From Peribolospora baueri (taxonomy: Eukaryota): a DNA stretch of 64,000 nucleotides. The stretch's first letter is position 1. Each line of letters begins with the position of its first letter. Positions 18,277 through 31,200 of the stretch are shown here, piece by piece. The notes under the pieces are model-generated. The model was not told the DNA's origin. It saw nothing but the letters and a program-made list of their open reading frames with translations, and ran no database searches. The position numbers were made by a program, and so were the translations under genes. The stretch covers positions 1 through 64,000 of the forward strand of contig JAMDHS010000073.1 in NCBI GenBank assembly GCA_029717555.1. Direction: 5' to 3'.

Positions 18277-20523
18277 CTAGCCCTGCACGCCATCGCTCTC
18301 TGCTCCCATCCGGGAAAGGTACCGCCCATAGAGGGCGTCTACGAAGGCATCGTCCGTCTGCAAGAGAGCAAGTTTGCGCGAAAAGCGTGTCAATAAAGTG
18401 CTTCCCGACAGGCCACCAAGAAGATATAGGAGCCAGAGGCGCCCCCTCTTGACTTGCACGTCATCAAAGTCCAGCCGGTTAGATGGCACTCACATGGATC
18501 AAGCTGAGCACTTCTCTAACAAAGTCCCTCCTCCCCAGCACCACCACCTCGTTCTCTGCACTCTTCCATTCCTCCCCCTTTCCATTACCGTTATTATTAT
18601 CTAGTTCTCTCCTCCCCTTGGCCATCTCTGCCGCCAACTGTCCGTTCAGTACGTCCACGGCCAAGCCAGGGTTGAGCGGTACGTCGGAAGACTGCTTGAC
18701 CTTCGTCTTTGGAGTATCAGGTGCAGCTGTTGACGAGGCGGCCGAATTCGCGCCGAGGTCATCTACTCCTCCGGGCCATCTCTCCTCCTTCTCTTTCTTG
18801 TTCCCTCGTGTACCGCGCGATCTCGATCGTTTGGCAGCTCCGTGTGCTGGCTCACCGACAATAGACGATGACGACGACCCGCTCGTGACGTTCTGAGAGG
18901 ACGGCGTCGGGAGCATTTGCGCTGCAGGTCCGTTGGCGTGTGGTCCGGCCCTAGACGGCCCGAGCTGCGTTCTACTATGGCCAACCCCGCCGACTGCCGC
19001 ATTCGATACCTGACGAGTCGCCCCCCTCCCCTTCGCCTCGATGGCCGCAGTGGTAGCCGAAGCAAACAAAGCATCCAGCCCACTCGTCTGCGTCGTGTGA
19101 GCTTGCTCGTGCGTTCGAGACGGGGCGGGAGCCGGAATGAGCGGGGGTCCCGGCGGAGGCAGGGCGTGTGGAGGTGGGAAAGAGGTGTTGGCTGGGATGG
19201 GGAGGCGGAAGAGGCCAGACGAACCTGGTGGAGGAGGCCCTGAGGGTAGGCCAAGCATGGCCATCAGCTCGTCTCTGCTTCCAGCTGGCGAAGCATTGAA
19301 AGGCGGCTGCGAAGGCGTCACGGCTCGTTGAATTTGCTATTGAGCGAGAACGGGAGAATAAACAACCGTAAGAACTATGGTCGACGTCTTTCAAAAAGTA
19401 ATTTTCCTCCGGATCAATTGAATGGAGGTCCGCCTTCAAGACGCATCACTTACGGGCGATTGTCCAGTCTGAGAAGTTCCGTTCGCCAGGCTTGCATTTT
19501 TGAAGAGCGAATCGAGTAGCGCAGCACCACTCAAAGGCGCCTGGCCGTTCGCCTGGCCTGTCTGAGCCTCGGATTTCGGTGGCATTGTAGAAGAGGGTGG
19601 TACGGGCGTCCTAGAAGAAACGTCTGCAGGGGCGGGATCGCCGCCGAACAACGTGGCGAGACTTATAGACTGACCGGGTGAAGGGAATGACTTTGGAGCG
19701 GGTAGCGAAGTTGGCTTCGGAGCGGGCGGGTTCTTGAGAAGGCTGGAAAATGAAATAATTCAAAGGGAATCCGGAGGTTAGTGGACAAAACGATGATGGC
19801 ACTGCGAACGAGAACCAGACGGAAAGCGAAAGCAAGGCTCACTCTTCCATCCGCTTCCCAATCGATTTGCGCTGAGAGGGCTCAAAAACCCAAATACCAA
19901 CAACTTCCTCTGAAATACACGACAATCAGGCCGCAACGCGCAAATAGTGAGAAAGAGAATAGTGAGAAAGAGAATACCGTGGTTTCCAAGTACGGCGAAA
20001 GGACCTACCAGTCTCGCCGTTCTGGTAGATGATATACTCCGGTGTCACTTCGATGTCGTCGTCCGATCGCAGATGGGCAGAGTAGTTCTCGATGCCGTTT
20101 CGGTTAAGGATGAAGAATCCGTGATGGGGTGCTCGAGACCTGTACGTGAAAGAGGCAAAAAATAGCAAAACAATACGTGAGGATGCTGAACCCAGGAAGG
20201 AGAGCGGAGTGCGATAGTGTGTCTTCGCTCTCTTACCTCTTGAACACGAACATCGGGCCTTCAACCCCCATCTTGGTCTGTAAGCACAGCACGGTCGTGA
20301 CACGCACAAGCGTCAGCTGCAAGTCCTCCCACACCCTCCATCCGCTCCTTTCCAGTCCGACCGATGGTCATGACAGCGAGGCATACACACTCACCCACTG
20401 ATTGCCATCGTGCGAGTAGAGCACGACGAAGCTGGCACTCTCAAGGATCTCATCGATCGCGGGGTCGTGCCGGCGCAGAACGCTCATGTTGAGCTGTCGC
20501 CTGGCCTCCGCGTCGCCGTCCAT
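18277..20523 (-). CDS. DCP1: mRNA decapping complex subunit Dcp1 (EVH1 domain plus low-complexity C-terminus); multi-exon
   Basis: N-terminal LNMSVLRRHDPAIDEILESASFVVLY; later PHHGFFILNRNGIENY; C-terminal DFVREVLSLIH-TDDAFVDALYGRY. Confidence 0.88.
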
Positions 20524-20989
20524 TGTGGCGATGGTTGAAAGGGACTGGAGGCCCGTGTGATTGGGAGAAGGATGAAGAGGGAGCGGGCAAAGGCAGGGCA
20601 AGAACGAGACGGGCGTCGGTGGCCTAATATAAGACTGGACGTGATCGGTGGGACGATCGCACTCGACGGCTTGCCGCAGTCGTACCCGTCTTCCTTTCTC
20701 TTCTTGGAGGCGGACGGAGCGAGCGTATTGAGCAACTGCGAACCAACGCCCTGCTGAGAGCGAGAAGAGGGAAGCCTAGAGAGACACGCAGTCCGCCTTG
20801 GAAAAACGCTGTACAGAGAGCAAACGGGGAAGAGGCGAGGCGGAGGTCGTCGGCCTGACGGGTCAGACTCGCCCAACGATAAACGACGTTTGTGATCGGC
20901 GAGGTCGCGTGCTGGACGAGTCGAGTCGAGTTCAGGAACAGCTCGTCGTCGTCCTTCCTTCTCATGATAGGACCACGACGACGGATGCG

Positions 20990-23900
20990 ATGACACCGGC
21001 TGTCTCTCCCTCCTCTTCTCCCTCCTCCCCCTCCTGGGTAGACGTACCCGTCGCAGCGAGCGACATCGACGAGCCCCTCGAGCTATTGCGCCGCTTCCTC
21101 GTCATCGCCGACCCCGACGCCGCATCTTTGCTGCCACCGCCGACGACGCCGACCTCGACCACGGCCACCGCAACCGAGCTGGATCTCCCTATCGCCCAGT
21201 GGAACGTCCTCCACACTACTTCTTCACCATGTCCCATCGTCGTCCGCGCTCACCCTTCGCCGGGCAAGAGCTTGTATTCCGTCCAGAGCGATCTGCCCGG
21301 CATCTCCGTCAAGCAGTTCTGGAACCTCATGGGCGTCAGCGCGAATCGTCCCCAATGGGACAATACGTGCCAGGAGACGACAGAAGTCGGACCTTGGCTT
21401 CCGGCTGCGAAGAGCGCCTCGTGGAAGCGAAAGCTGATACGTGGCTTGGGCAAAATCGAGTACCTAGCTTTCGCTGGCATCATGATGATCGCCAAGCCGA
21501 GAGACATGATCATCCTCACCGCCTCAGCCCGACTCCCATCTCGTACTTCTCCTCTTTCCCCAAGTCAAGCGTCACCTCCTTCTTCGCCTCCGCACTCTCG
21601 CGACCCTTCGTCCAAGCTGTCATTCCGCCGTCGGGCGCGAAGGCGGCGCTCGGCTTCGCAGCCGAACGTTGACGTTCAAATAGATCCGGAGGACAGCGAA
21701 ACTTTGCAACCCCCGTACCGGCTCGTGTCGACCTCCCAGTCCATCTCCCATCCCAATTATCCCGTTCGAAAGGGCTACAACCGCTTCGATCTCGGCTTAG
21801 GCGGATTCATGATCGAGGAAATCTGGGTGGAGGAGAGCAGGGGCAAGAGCAAGAACAAGGGGAAAGCGCCAGTCAGGGGCGTGAGAGTGACGCAGATTAG
21901 CGATCTCGGCGACGTCGCTTGTGAGTGGGTCATTCCGCTCTTCAGTGTTGTCAGCAACCGATTATTCCCATCTCCACATCTCTCCTTCTTCTTTAGCTTG
22001 GGTCCCGGCGACCGTCGTTCGAATGGTCGCGCAGACGCTCGTGCCCCGTTCGATTGGTTCTATCGCCAAAGCGAGCGCAAGGCTCCCTCTGCCTGACGGC
22101 GACGAAAGCCTATGGATTCCGGGACTCATGGTCGGCCAGGGCTTCTTGGGCGCCACCACCTCGCGCTCTCCTCCCATGACGCCTGTACCCGCTTGCCAGG
22201 CGCTCAAGCCTGGTTCGCCTGTCACCTCCTCGTCACCATTGCATGCTCCTCGGCTTGACGACATGGACGAACCGGTGATAGGAGGAGGAACGACAAACAT
22301 GCGGTCGTCTCCAAACTCACCATCGCAGGTACGCTCTTCGCGCTCCACTGTTGCTGCAAGCGGTCTGCAGTCGCACATCGAAGACAAGGCAACGAGTTAC
22401 AGGTCCGACCAAGTCGACTCGGTCAAGAGCCCGATGGAGGAGGCTGTGAGACGCTTGGAGCACATTCTTCTAGAACACCAAGGGACAAACAGCTCGAGCG
22501 AAGAAGTTGCAGGGGAGGCCGTACAACGAACAGGCGTGACCGACACTGACGGTCAGCTGCGAGTGCAGGAAGCTTCAGCCATCCTTCCCTCTTCTGTGGG
22601 ATCTACGAACGACACAGCGATCACCTCTTCAACATCCATGTCTCCCTCGCCCCCGCAACTGTCGTCGCCCTTGACTCCCATCTCATCCCCTCGCAAGCGT
22701 CCTCCCTCTTCTTTGCGCCAGCTGAACTCACAATCAGACGTGTTCAGCCTTTCGGATAGCCTTACCAGCAGGAGTCCGAGGGAAGACTTCGAGCGTACAA
22801 TCAGGAGGATGAGCCAGGCCTTTCTCGATATGGAACGAGACAGGCAGCAGAGGCTCGACGGGCGGCACGCGGCGTCTTCGAGCCCTAACGCCAAGCTCGC
22901 CTTCGATGACGCAGTGGATGACGGCGACAAGCACGACATGGGCATTGCTTCGCTCGTTGCGGACGCATTGCACGGAGACACTTGCTCTCCATTCTCCTCA
23001 CCCGCGGCCTCGCCGCTGGGACTGCCTATCGCAATCCCTTCCGCATCCCCGAATCGCTCCCGTTCGGGCTTCCCGGCTTCCTTCCGTGACGGTTGCAGTG
23101 GCATATCTCCTTCTCCTGAGTCTCCGGCTCAAGCACAACAAAGCCCCGTCCGGCATGCCTCCTACCCCGCCTCCCCGAAAGACTCTGAGGGCTTACGTAG
23201 AGCGAGCGCCGTTTTGCTTTCGCATTCGGATCAGGTCGCACTCCTTCTCGCACCCGCTGCAAGGGAGAGTTCTGTGTGCAGTCCCGCTTGGGGATCTTCG
23301 TTTAACAGCCCTGGTACGGAGGACGAGTATGGTGTCGAAGCGGAGGACAGGTGCCCGGGCACACCCTCATCCACGTCTGCTGCCGAAGCTGCCAATGTGT
23401 CTTCCTCTTCCTCGACGGCCACCACTACCAAGCCCCCTGAAAACCTTGCCCGCTCCCGACTGCCCTCCTCCCTTTCCCTGTCACGCAGCAATTCGACGCG
23501 CACGTCCAAATCCTCCGCCATATCCGTATCGACATCGACGACGTCTGTGTCATCCCTCCTCGAGATAGGTATAGGCCCCGCCGCCACCGTTGCCGCCGCC
23601 AAGAGACCTTTCCCGCTCGCACCGGCTATGACGGTCGCTACCGTCGATGGAAAAACTAGCAGGGATGGGATTGCGCGTTCCTTGCAGCACGAGGGCGAGA
23701 GGAGCGAGAGCAAGGCAAGGTTGGTCAAGGTAGCCAGCTCTTTGGCTTTGGGGAAGGGCGTAGAGAGGTGGAGGGTGAAAGGTAAAGTCGGGAGGAGCGT
23801 GCGGAGAGCTTATGGCAACACTGCACGAGCAGATGCTTCTGCGCCTGGAGGAAGTAAAGTGGATGTGGATGGAAAGGCGCAAGCAAGAGGGGAGATGGGT

Positions 23901-24140
23901 AGCCGTCCTTTCGTTTCGGATCCCTCAAGCAGCAACAGCTGGTCCGTCGCGCCCTATCACCTAATCGTCGGTCTTGTCTCGCTCGTTTGGGCATCTGGGA
24001 CCGACACCGACGGCGGTGTGGAAGTGGACGAGATGGAGGGAGAATATGGAGTTGAGGGCGAGAGCGAGGACGAGGGCGAGGGCGAGGGCGAGGGGGGGCG
24101 AGGAAATGGAGCGAGAGCACGGGAGGCTTCAAGGTTGTGA
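20990..24140 (+). CDS. START/Bet v1-like lipid-binding domain protein with a long Ser-rich tail (exons about 20990-21920 and 21997-24140)
   Basis: RPQWDNTC, AKPRDMIIL, SISHPNYP, GFMIE, and spliced VTQISDLGDVASWVPATVV are START-fold-like motifs; intron GTGAGT...TTTAG. Confidence 0.65.
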
Positions 24141-24727
24141 AGCCCGTGCGGGTCTGTTCGGCGAAACAGCGCCCGATGAGGAACATGAAACCATCCAGGG
24201 CCTTCTGGCCGTGGTTGCCCCCCCAGACGGAAGGAACAGCCACAATGTTACCCACGTCGTCCGGCCGGCGTTCCATTGCCGTCGGTCTGCGCAGTCTCTC
24301 ACCATAACCAATGGATTTGTGCACTTGACAAAATACCTTCTCATATTGTAGATACCTTTACCCAGGCAAAAGAAGGAATCGCATTATGTTTATACCTTCC
24401 CACGCGCTGTCCCCTCGCTTCGACGTCGTGTTCCTCCACTTGAGAGCGCACAACTCTCACAGCAAGAGATCGGTTTTCCTCGGCAGCTAAGCGATCACCA
24501 CCGCAGGCTCGTGCACGGGGAATAATAACGTTTACAAGAGTCTACAAGACACGACACAACGTAACAGAGCAAAGGTACGAAAGCGGAGACAGGTGTGAAG
24601 CGACGGTTCGAAGAGGTACATGGCGACGAGAGGGAAGGAGCAGGCGAGCAAATGTATCGCAAGGGGAAGCTGAGAGCCATGCTGCTGCTCCCCTTCGAAG
24701 TCAATTCTACTCGAGGACGGTGGGTCA

Positions 24728-27700
24728 TCAAGCCATCCTTAAATGAAGGTTTTCCACGAACGTTTGAAGATCATCCCGGCGCACTTCGACCACACTGGTC
24801 TCGAACCGATCGTGTCGCGTACGTGCGCCGGATCGCTCTGCAGCTTCTTGGAAAGCGAGGCCAAAAAGACTGAGCAGTGATCGGGTAGTGACGAAGGAGA
24901 ATGAGAATGAAAAAAAAAAAAAAAAAAAAAAAGTTTAACATATCGCTCGAAGCCGTTGTGCCAGACGAAAGGGCAGATTGGGAGATGAGCGACTCACTTC
25001 TTTCGAACGTCACCATAGTCAGGAGCTCCCGTGACACCCACGACGAGGAAAGCATCCCTCTGCTCATCCAGGCTAGCGACGACGAACGGCAGCTGTGTCC
25101 GCCTTCGCCTGCTCTCCGTATCAATCGACTCTTCCGCTCCCTCTTTTTCAGCCTTCTGCGCTCTCGCTCGCTCTTCCTGACTCGCCACAATGTCCCTCAG
25201 CGCGTCGACAAGCCAGAGCGCAAGTCTGCCGAGGGTGGCGGGATGAGCAAAGATGGGCAGGTCGGGTCCTTCCTTGATGACCGCGAGGCGAAATCTCCGC
25301 AGGGAGCGGATCGCTTGCTTGTCGATTAGAGATGCGCCCTGCCGGATCACTGCGCGATGGACAGCGCGCGAGAGGGCGAGTGACCGGCGGAGGAGAGTGA
25401 CACTGTACGGTAATAAAATGCAAGGTGGTCAAGGCAACAAATAGCGGCACGGGTGAGCTCGGGAGGCGGCTTAGGTCGGTGCACTGCTGTCGGAAAGGAG
25501 AAGACGGAACTCACTCTGACCCTAGCGCATCGAAGGCCTTCCAGAAGCTCCTCACCCACGCCTCTTCGCGTTTCTTTTTGGCTTTTCTCCCATCTGCCGC
25601 CGCTGCCGCCGCCGCCGTCACTGCAACAGCACCGGGAGCAGCGTTCTCCTTATCTTCTTCCGCCAACGCCTCCTCATACATCCACTCATCCCCGACGCTC
25701 CACAATTTTCCGCCTCCAAACGCGCCCATGTCGTCCTTCCACGCCTCTGTTCCCGCATTCGCCCCATCGACGCTGCCACCGGGTGCATCGACATCAATGC
25801 GAAGACCGTACGCAGCCTCAAGCAGAGCACCTAAACCCTCCACTACGTCGCCAGCAGACAGGAGCTCGGAGCGGAAGCCGTAAGATCGGAGGAAGGAGGG
25901 ATAGGTGAGCTCGACGAGGCCGTACTCCGGCGCTATTCGTGAGATTTGATCTGAGAGCGAGCGCTTTAAATCCATGTCCATATGAGAGTAGTATTGTTGG
26001 CACTGTTGGAGCGAGAACCTACCCGAAGAAGGTAAGCCAAACCGACAAAAGAACTTGTGAGTACAATGCTGGTCTGGTCAAGCAGTAAATGACGCTGTGG
26101 AGTGCTCGTTCATTACACTTACCCCATCTTAGCCAGCAAGCCTCTCAATTTCTTCCTCCCTTTCTCCTGCCAAATGCCGAGCTTCCCGGCCACATAAGCA
26201 GAGTGGTACATGCTCTCGTACAGGTTCCAGTGGCGGTAGAGCGTGAAGCGCATTTCCTCGGTGGGCCGGATGCTCGTATCGTCCGGATCGAGAGGTCGGG
26301 CGGAGGCGGCATCCGATGTGGAGGAGGAATCGGAGGCATAGGGCGAGGAGCGAGAAGAAACTGGTCGCGGTGGGTTGTAGGCCGCAACAGCGCCACGGAA
26401 GTGAAGGACGTAGTCCTCGTATACGTCACGATCGATCTGGTTCGCCAGGTATTGTGACGTGTGTCCTAGGATAGCGAGCCTGAGAGCGAGTCGGATTCCC
26501 AAGCGAAACGTTTTGCGAATTATAGTCATTTACGTGATGCGCGAAGCAGTGAAGTGAAGCAGGTGCCGAACCATCCACTCGCCGCACCAAACAACAAAGG
26601 ATGCAGAAAACTCACCAAAGCCCCTCATTGTCCCCTCGGCCCAAGCTCTCGGCGAGCAAATTGACTTGAACCGCCACGCTCAACCCATAGGATGTGCCCA
26701 GCTGATAATAACGGGCGATGCGCATCCTGTGCGCTCGTCGCTCCGACCGAGATATGCGTTTCAGCTTTCGCCGTCGTCTCTTTCTTCGAGTGTATGGTTC
26801 TGCCTCCTGTTGGAGAGGAGAGCGGAAGAGAGGGTAGGTGGAAGGGATGGTTGTGAATGGGGGGTTAGAGACTGGACGTCGTCAAACTCGCGTGAAGTCG
26901 AGCCCACCTCTTCGTCCCCTTCCTCGTCACTGCCGGAAACGCGTCTTCTTTGTCGTGGTCTCCCCTCTCCCTCCTCCTCCGCTTCATCCTCGCTCGTAGC
27001 ATTCGACTGGTCCTCCTCCGAATTGGCTTCGGACTCAGAGTCCGAATAATCTGAGGCTTCGGAGTCCGACTCGGGCTCGAACTGGGGGCGACACTCGCGT
27101 CAGCCTTCGCCACTTTCCCCCCACTCTCATCGCAGCATGCTTATAGCGTCAGCAACACAGGGAATCTTACCTCGATTGCCTCATACGCTGCCCTCTCATC
27201 CTGCAGCCTCTTCTCAATGTCGCCATCGTCCCATATCACAATCCTCTCGGCGTCGCTGCCGGACGCAAAAACGTTGTCCAAGTTCCACGGTCGATGCGAG
27301 TCAAGGACATGTGCGGTGCAGCCAGGGGGGAGACCGAGGTAAGAGGGCAGGGATAGCACCGAGCCGAGGTTGAGGAGGATGATCGTGTGCACCTGGACGG
27401 GAGAGCCGGGAGACAAACGAATAGAGGCACGAGTAAGATCGAGGTGCTACAACGACTTCTGCCCTCATCCTGGCACTCACCTCGTTATTACCGGTAACAC
27501 TCTCGTCAATCGTCTTCCTCAATAGTCTGTACCCATCTACGGGTATGACTTTGTGCGGCACACCATCAGCTCTAAACAAGCCGACGAGCAGCTTGAGGGC
27601 GCAAAGCGCGTCGACGTCCGGGCTAACAAGGATGAGAACGGCAGATGCTGAGGAAGACGGGGAGGAGGCCTTGCGGAGGCGGGCGGCGCGGAGGATAGAC

Positions 27701-27792
27701 GAGTAGGCGTCTGCGTAGGTCCGTTGGAGACGCGACGATGAATGCGAGGCGTCAGCGGAGGACGCATCGCGCGGCCGGTGGATGTAGACCAT
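24728..27792 (-). CDS. CDC45: DNA replication initiation factor Cdc45; multi-exon
   Basis: VLILVSPDVDALCA, HVLDSHRPWNLDN, FTLYRHWNLYESMYHS, LLAKMG, C-terminal NRFGLAFQEAAERSGARTRHDRFETSVVEV. Confidence 0.95.
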
Positions 27793-27965
27793 GGCGGCGC
27801 GACGGTTGAAAAATTGAGAGAAGAGAAACCTCAAAGAAATCGCTCGCGTGACATCTGGAGGACGTGAAGGAGGGGCACAAGAAGGAATGCTCCAGGCGAG
27901 ACTGGCGGTAGTTTGGCGGTGACGACTGACGGACTTGCCTGGCCTCCTTGGGGAATGGGCGCGGC

Positions 27966-27976
27966 ACGCGTCGCGT
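27966..27976. promoter_or_regulatory. MCB-like element (ACGCGTCGCGT) upstream of CDC45
   Basis: ACGCGT overlapping TCGCGT, about 175 nt upstream of the CDC45 ATG. Confidence 0.45.
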
Positions 27977-28227
27977 CTATGCCGTTGCCGCAGCATCGTG
28001 TTAAGTGCGAGTGGGAAGGCGAGGTGATCGGGCGTTGAGCCCGCCTTACACCGCCTAACTGCGTAAAGAGGTCGACCCAATGTCCAGAGACGAGCCGGCC
28101 GCATTCTTTCGTTCTCACCTACAATATCGCCACCTCATCTTACCCTCTGTCTTTCTCCCTCCTTTCTCGTGCCTAGTCTTCTCGTGCCTAGTCCTCCGCA
28201 TCATTTGTTTCTGCCGCCCTGGTTGTC

Positions 28228-31200
28228 ATGTCTGACTCGGAGGAGCAGATTCCAGACTACGGCGCGGTACCTGCTTTTCAAGACGACGAAGAGGGCGGGG
28301 TGCCCGCCGATCCGGAGCCCGTCGAGCGCGATGGCGAAGGGTCACGCGCGCACGACGCTGAGGATGGAGATGATGATGACGAGGCGGAAGGGGAGGGACT
28401 GGAACAGGATAGTTCTGAGGAGGAGGACGAGGACGACCCGGAGGAGGCTCGGAGAATAGCTGAGGGGTTCATTGCTGATGAGGAAGAGGACGATGAGGAG
28501 GAGAGAAGGCGACTACGGCGAGAAAGACGCAAAGAGAGGAGAAAGAGGAAGCAAGGTGTGTAATGTCTTTTTCTTCAATCTCTCCCCATTCAGATGATCC
28601 GGAGGCCGGGTCACTTGCTTCACGCTCGAGGTCTTTGCTCACCCATGTCACCTTCGAACCGTTTCAGAGGAGGAAGAGGAGGGATTGGATGAGGACGACC
28701 TTGAGCTGCTGGAGGAAAACACAGGGCAAAGGATTGAGAGGCCGGAAAAGGTGAGCTATTGTTGTGTCAATCATCCAGCTTCCTCCGTCGCTGATCCCGT
28801 CGTCCAATCCACATTTATCGCATTCACCAGCACCGTCTCAAGAGGCTTCGCCGTCACAGGTCTGATTCGGACTCGCAGGTGGAAGCGGAAACAACTCGCC
28901 CAGTGCGAACGGATCTTGAGCACATTTTCGACGACGAGGAAAACATTTCCGACGTGAGGCGTCGCGGAGATGGCATGCTAGGCGATGAGGAGCTGTCCGA
29001 CTCTGGTCTTCCTACTGATGCCGCCGCCGCCGCTAGTGGCGCCATCAAGCAGCTGGCTGAGCCTGCGCGACGGAGAGGTGGATATGATGCAGGTGCGCCT
29101 GTGGTGGATGAGGACGACCTGGATGACTTCATCGAAGAGGACGATTTGGAGGAGGAAGAAGAAGGCATTGATGAGGAGGAAAGGGAACGCAAGAAAGAGG
29201 AGAGGCGGCGGTTGAGGCTGGAGCAGAGGAGAAAGCGACCCGAGCTTCAAGGTGTCGCTGCCGAGTAAGTTTCGCCACGAGTTGCACTGTTAAGGCGCGT
29301 CGATTGTATGACTTAACTTTTGTTCCATGTTTTGGCAGTGCTTGGGACGAAGTCGAGGGTATCTTTGGCAACGGAGAGGATTACGACTGGGCTCTCGAAG
29401 TCGATGACGAAGAGGTCGAGGTTGAGCCCAAGAGGATGGAGTACAAGGACGTAAGTTCTACTCTATTGTTGTTGACAACTCACGGCACAAGTCCGAACTT
29501 GTTCCAACTGACGTTATCTCTCTGACTATTCCGCTTGGCGGTCCAGATCTTCGAGCCCGCGCAGATCAAGGAGCGCCTCCTGACCGAAGCGGATGAGCTC
29601 ATCAAACAGCAGGACATTCCAGAGCGTTTCCAGCTCGCCATGCCTGGCGATGACGGTCTGCGCCTTCTTGAAACCAAAGTCGAAGGCGAGCTGCTTGACG
29701 CCGCCGTATCTTGGGTCGCCCCTCGCATCTCCGACCGGACTTGGCGCCTGTTCCTTGCGGAACGCTCGGAACAGAACCCCATGGGCGCCGAACTGGTCCA
29801 GCTCCGACCCCGATTCCTGTCGGCTGTCCGAGACGTCCTCAGTTTCATCATGAACGAGAGCCTGGAGGTACCGTTCATCTGGGTGCATCGGCGAGACTTT
29901 GTCACTTGCATCGACACCTCTCCAAATGGAGGTCGCCGCATTCGGCGCGACCTCCTCAATCGCTCTGAGGTTTGGCGTGTCCAGGATCTCTCGATGAAGT
30001 GGCGAGCGCTCCAGGACCGAAAAGCGGACATCGAAAGGACATGGGAGCGCATGCATGCTCGTCCAACGACCGCCGCCACAAATGCGGATGGGAATGACGG
30101 AGAGGATGGGAATGACGGAGAGGAGGGCGAGGCGCCGCAGCACTCGAGCCTCAATGGCCCAGCCTCGTCGTTCCGAGACGAGTTTTTCGAGATGATGAAG
30201 GCCAAGGTGGAGAACGTGGAAGAAGTTTCGGATCTCGTCGAATGGCTTGGCATGCATTATCCTGAGCGCCTCAAGGACGTCCAGGCCCTCGTCGCTTCAG
30301 AGTCGGGTGCAGTCATCGACGCTGACGAGGAGCTGCACGCCGACGGCATTCCCGTCGATGGCGTCAATGGTCGCAAGCAAAAGAGCACGTACAAACGACC
30401 TACCGTCGTTAGTCAGTACGAAAGGGCCAAGGCGAGCCTTGCGAATGAGTTTGCGAAGGTGAGCTGGAGTAGATCATTATTTCCTGATCAAAATATCGGG
30501 TTCACGGCGGTAGTATTTTATCATTGGTATTTGCTAACATTGTGACGTTGGATGCCACATTGCATATCAGAACTTCGGCATCTCTGCTTCTGAGCTCGCC
30601 GTCAACTTCACATCCCGAAACAAGCAGTACTTCCCGGATGACCAAGCCGTCCCGCCTGATGTGTACTCTCAAGGCTTTGCGATGGAAGGCACAGACGTGC
30701 CTAAACCTGAGATAGCACTAAGATGGGCCAAGATCATCCTTATTGAGGAAATCGGGAGAAATCCCTTGCTCAAGAAGGAGGTCAGGCAACTTTTTAAGAT
30801 GCACGCCGTTATCAGTGTCGAGCCGACTGAGAAGGGCATGACCAAGATCGATGAGCTCCATCCTTACTACGTGAGTGGGCGACACCAATTTCCCCCCTTC
30901 TTTTTTTTTTTTGCCCTCGTCCCGCTAACACTTATGTCGACCCGTTTTCCTCTTTGGTCTTCCTCGTTTAACAGACTTTCAAATACCTTAGAGAAAAGCC
31001 TGCCCATCAACTCCTCAATTCATCCCAGTACCTCGCCATCCTGGCCGCCGAAGCCGAGCACCTCGTTACCGTCAAGGTCTCTATACCGGGGCCGCAGAGT
31101 AACTCCTTCACCCACGATCTTTATGAATCTTACTGCTCAGACAACGTTAGTGATGTTGCCAAGGCTTGGAACGAGCAGCGGAGAGAGATCCTCGAAGCTG

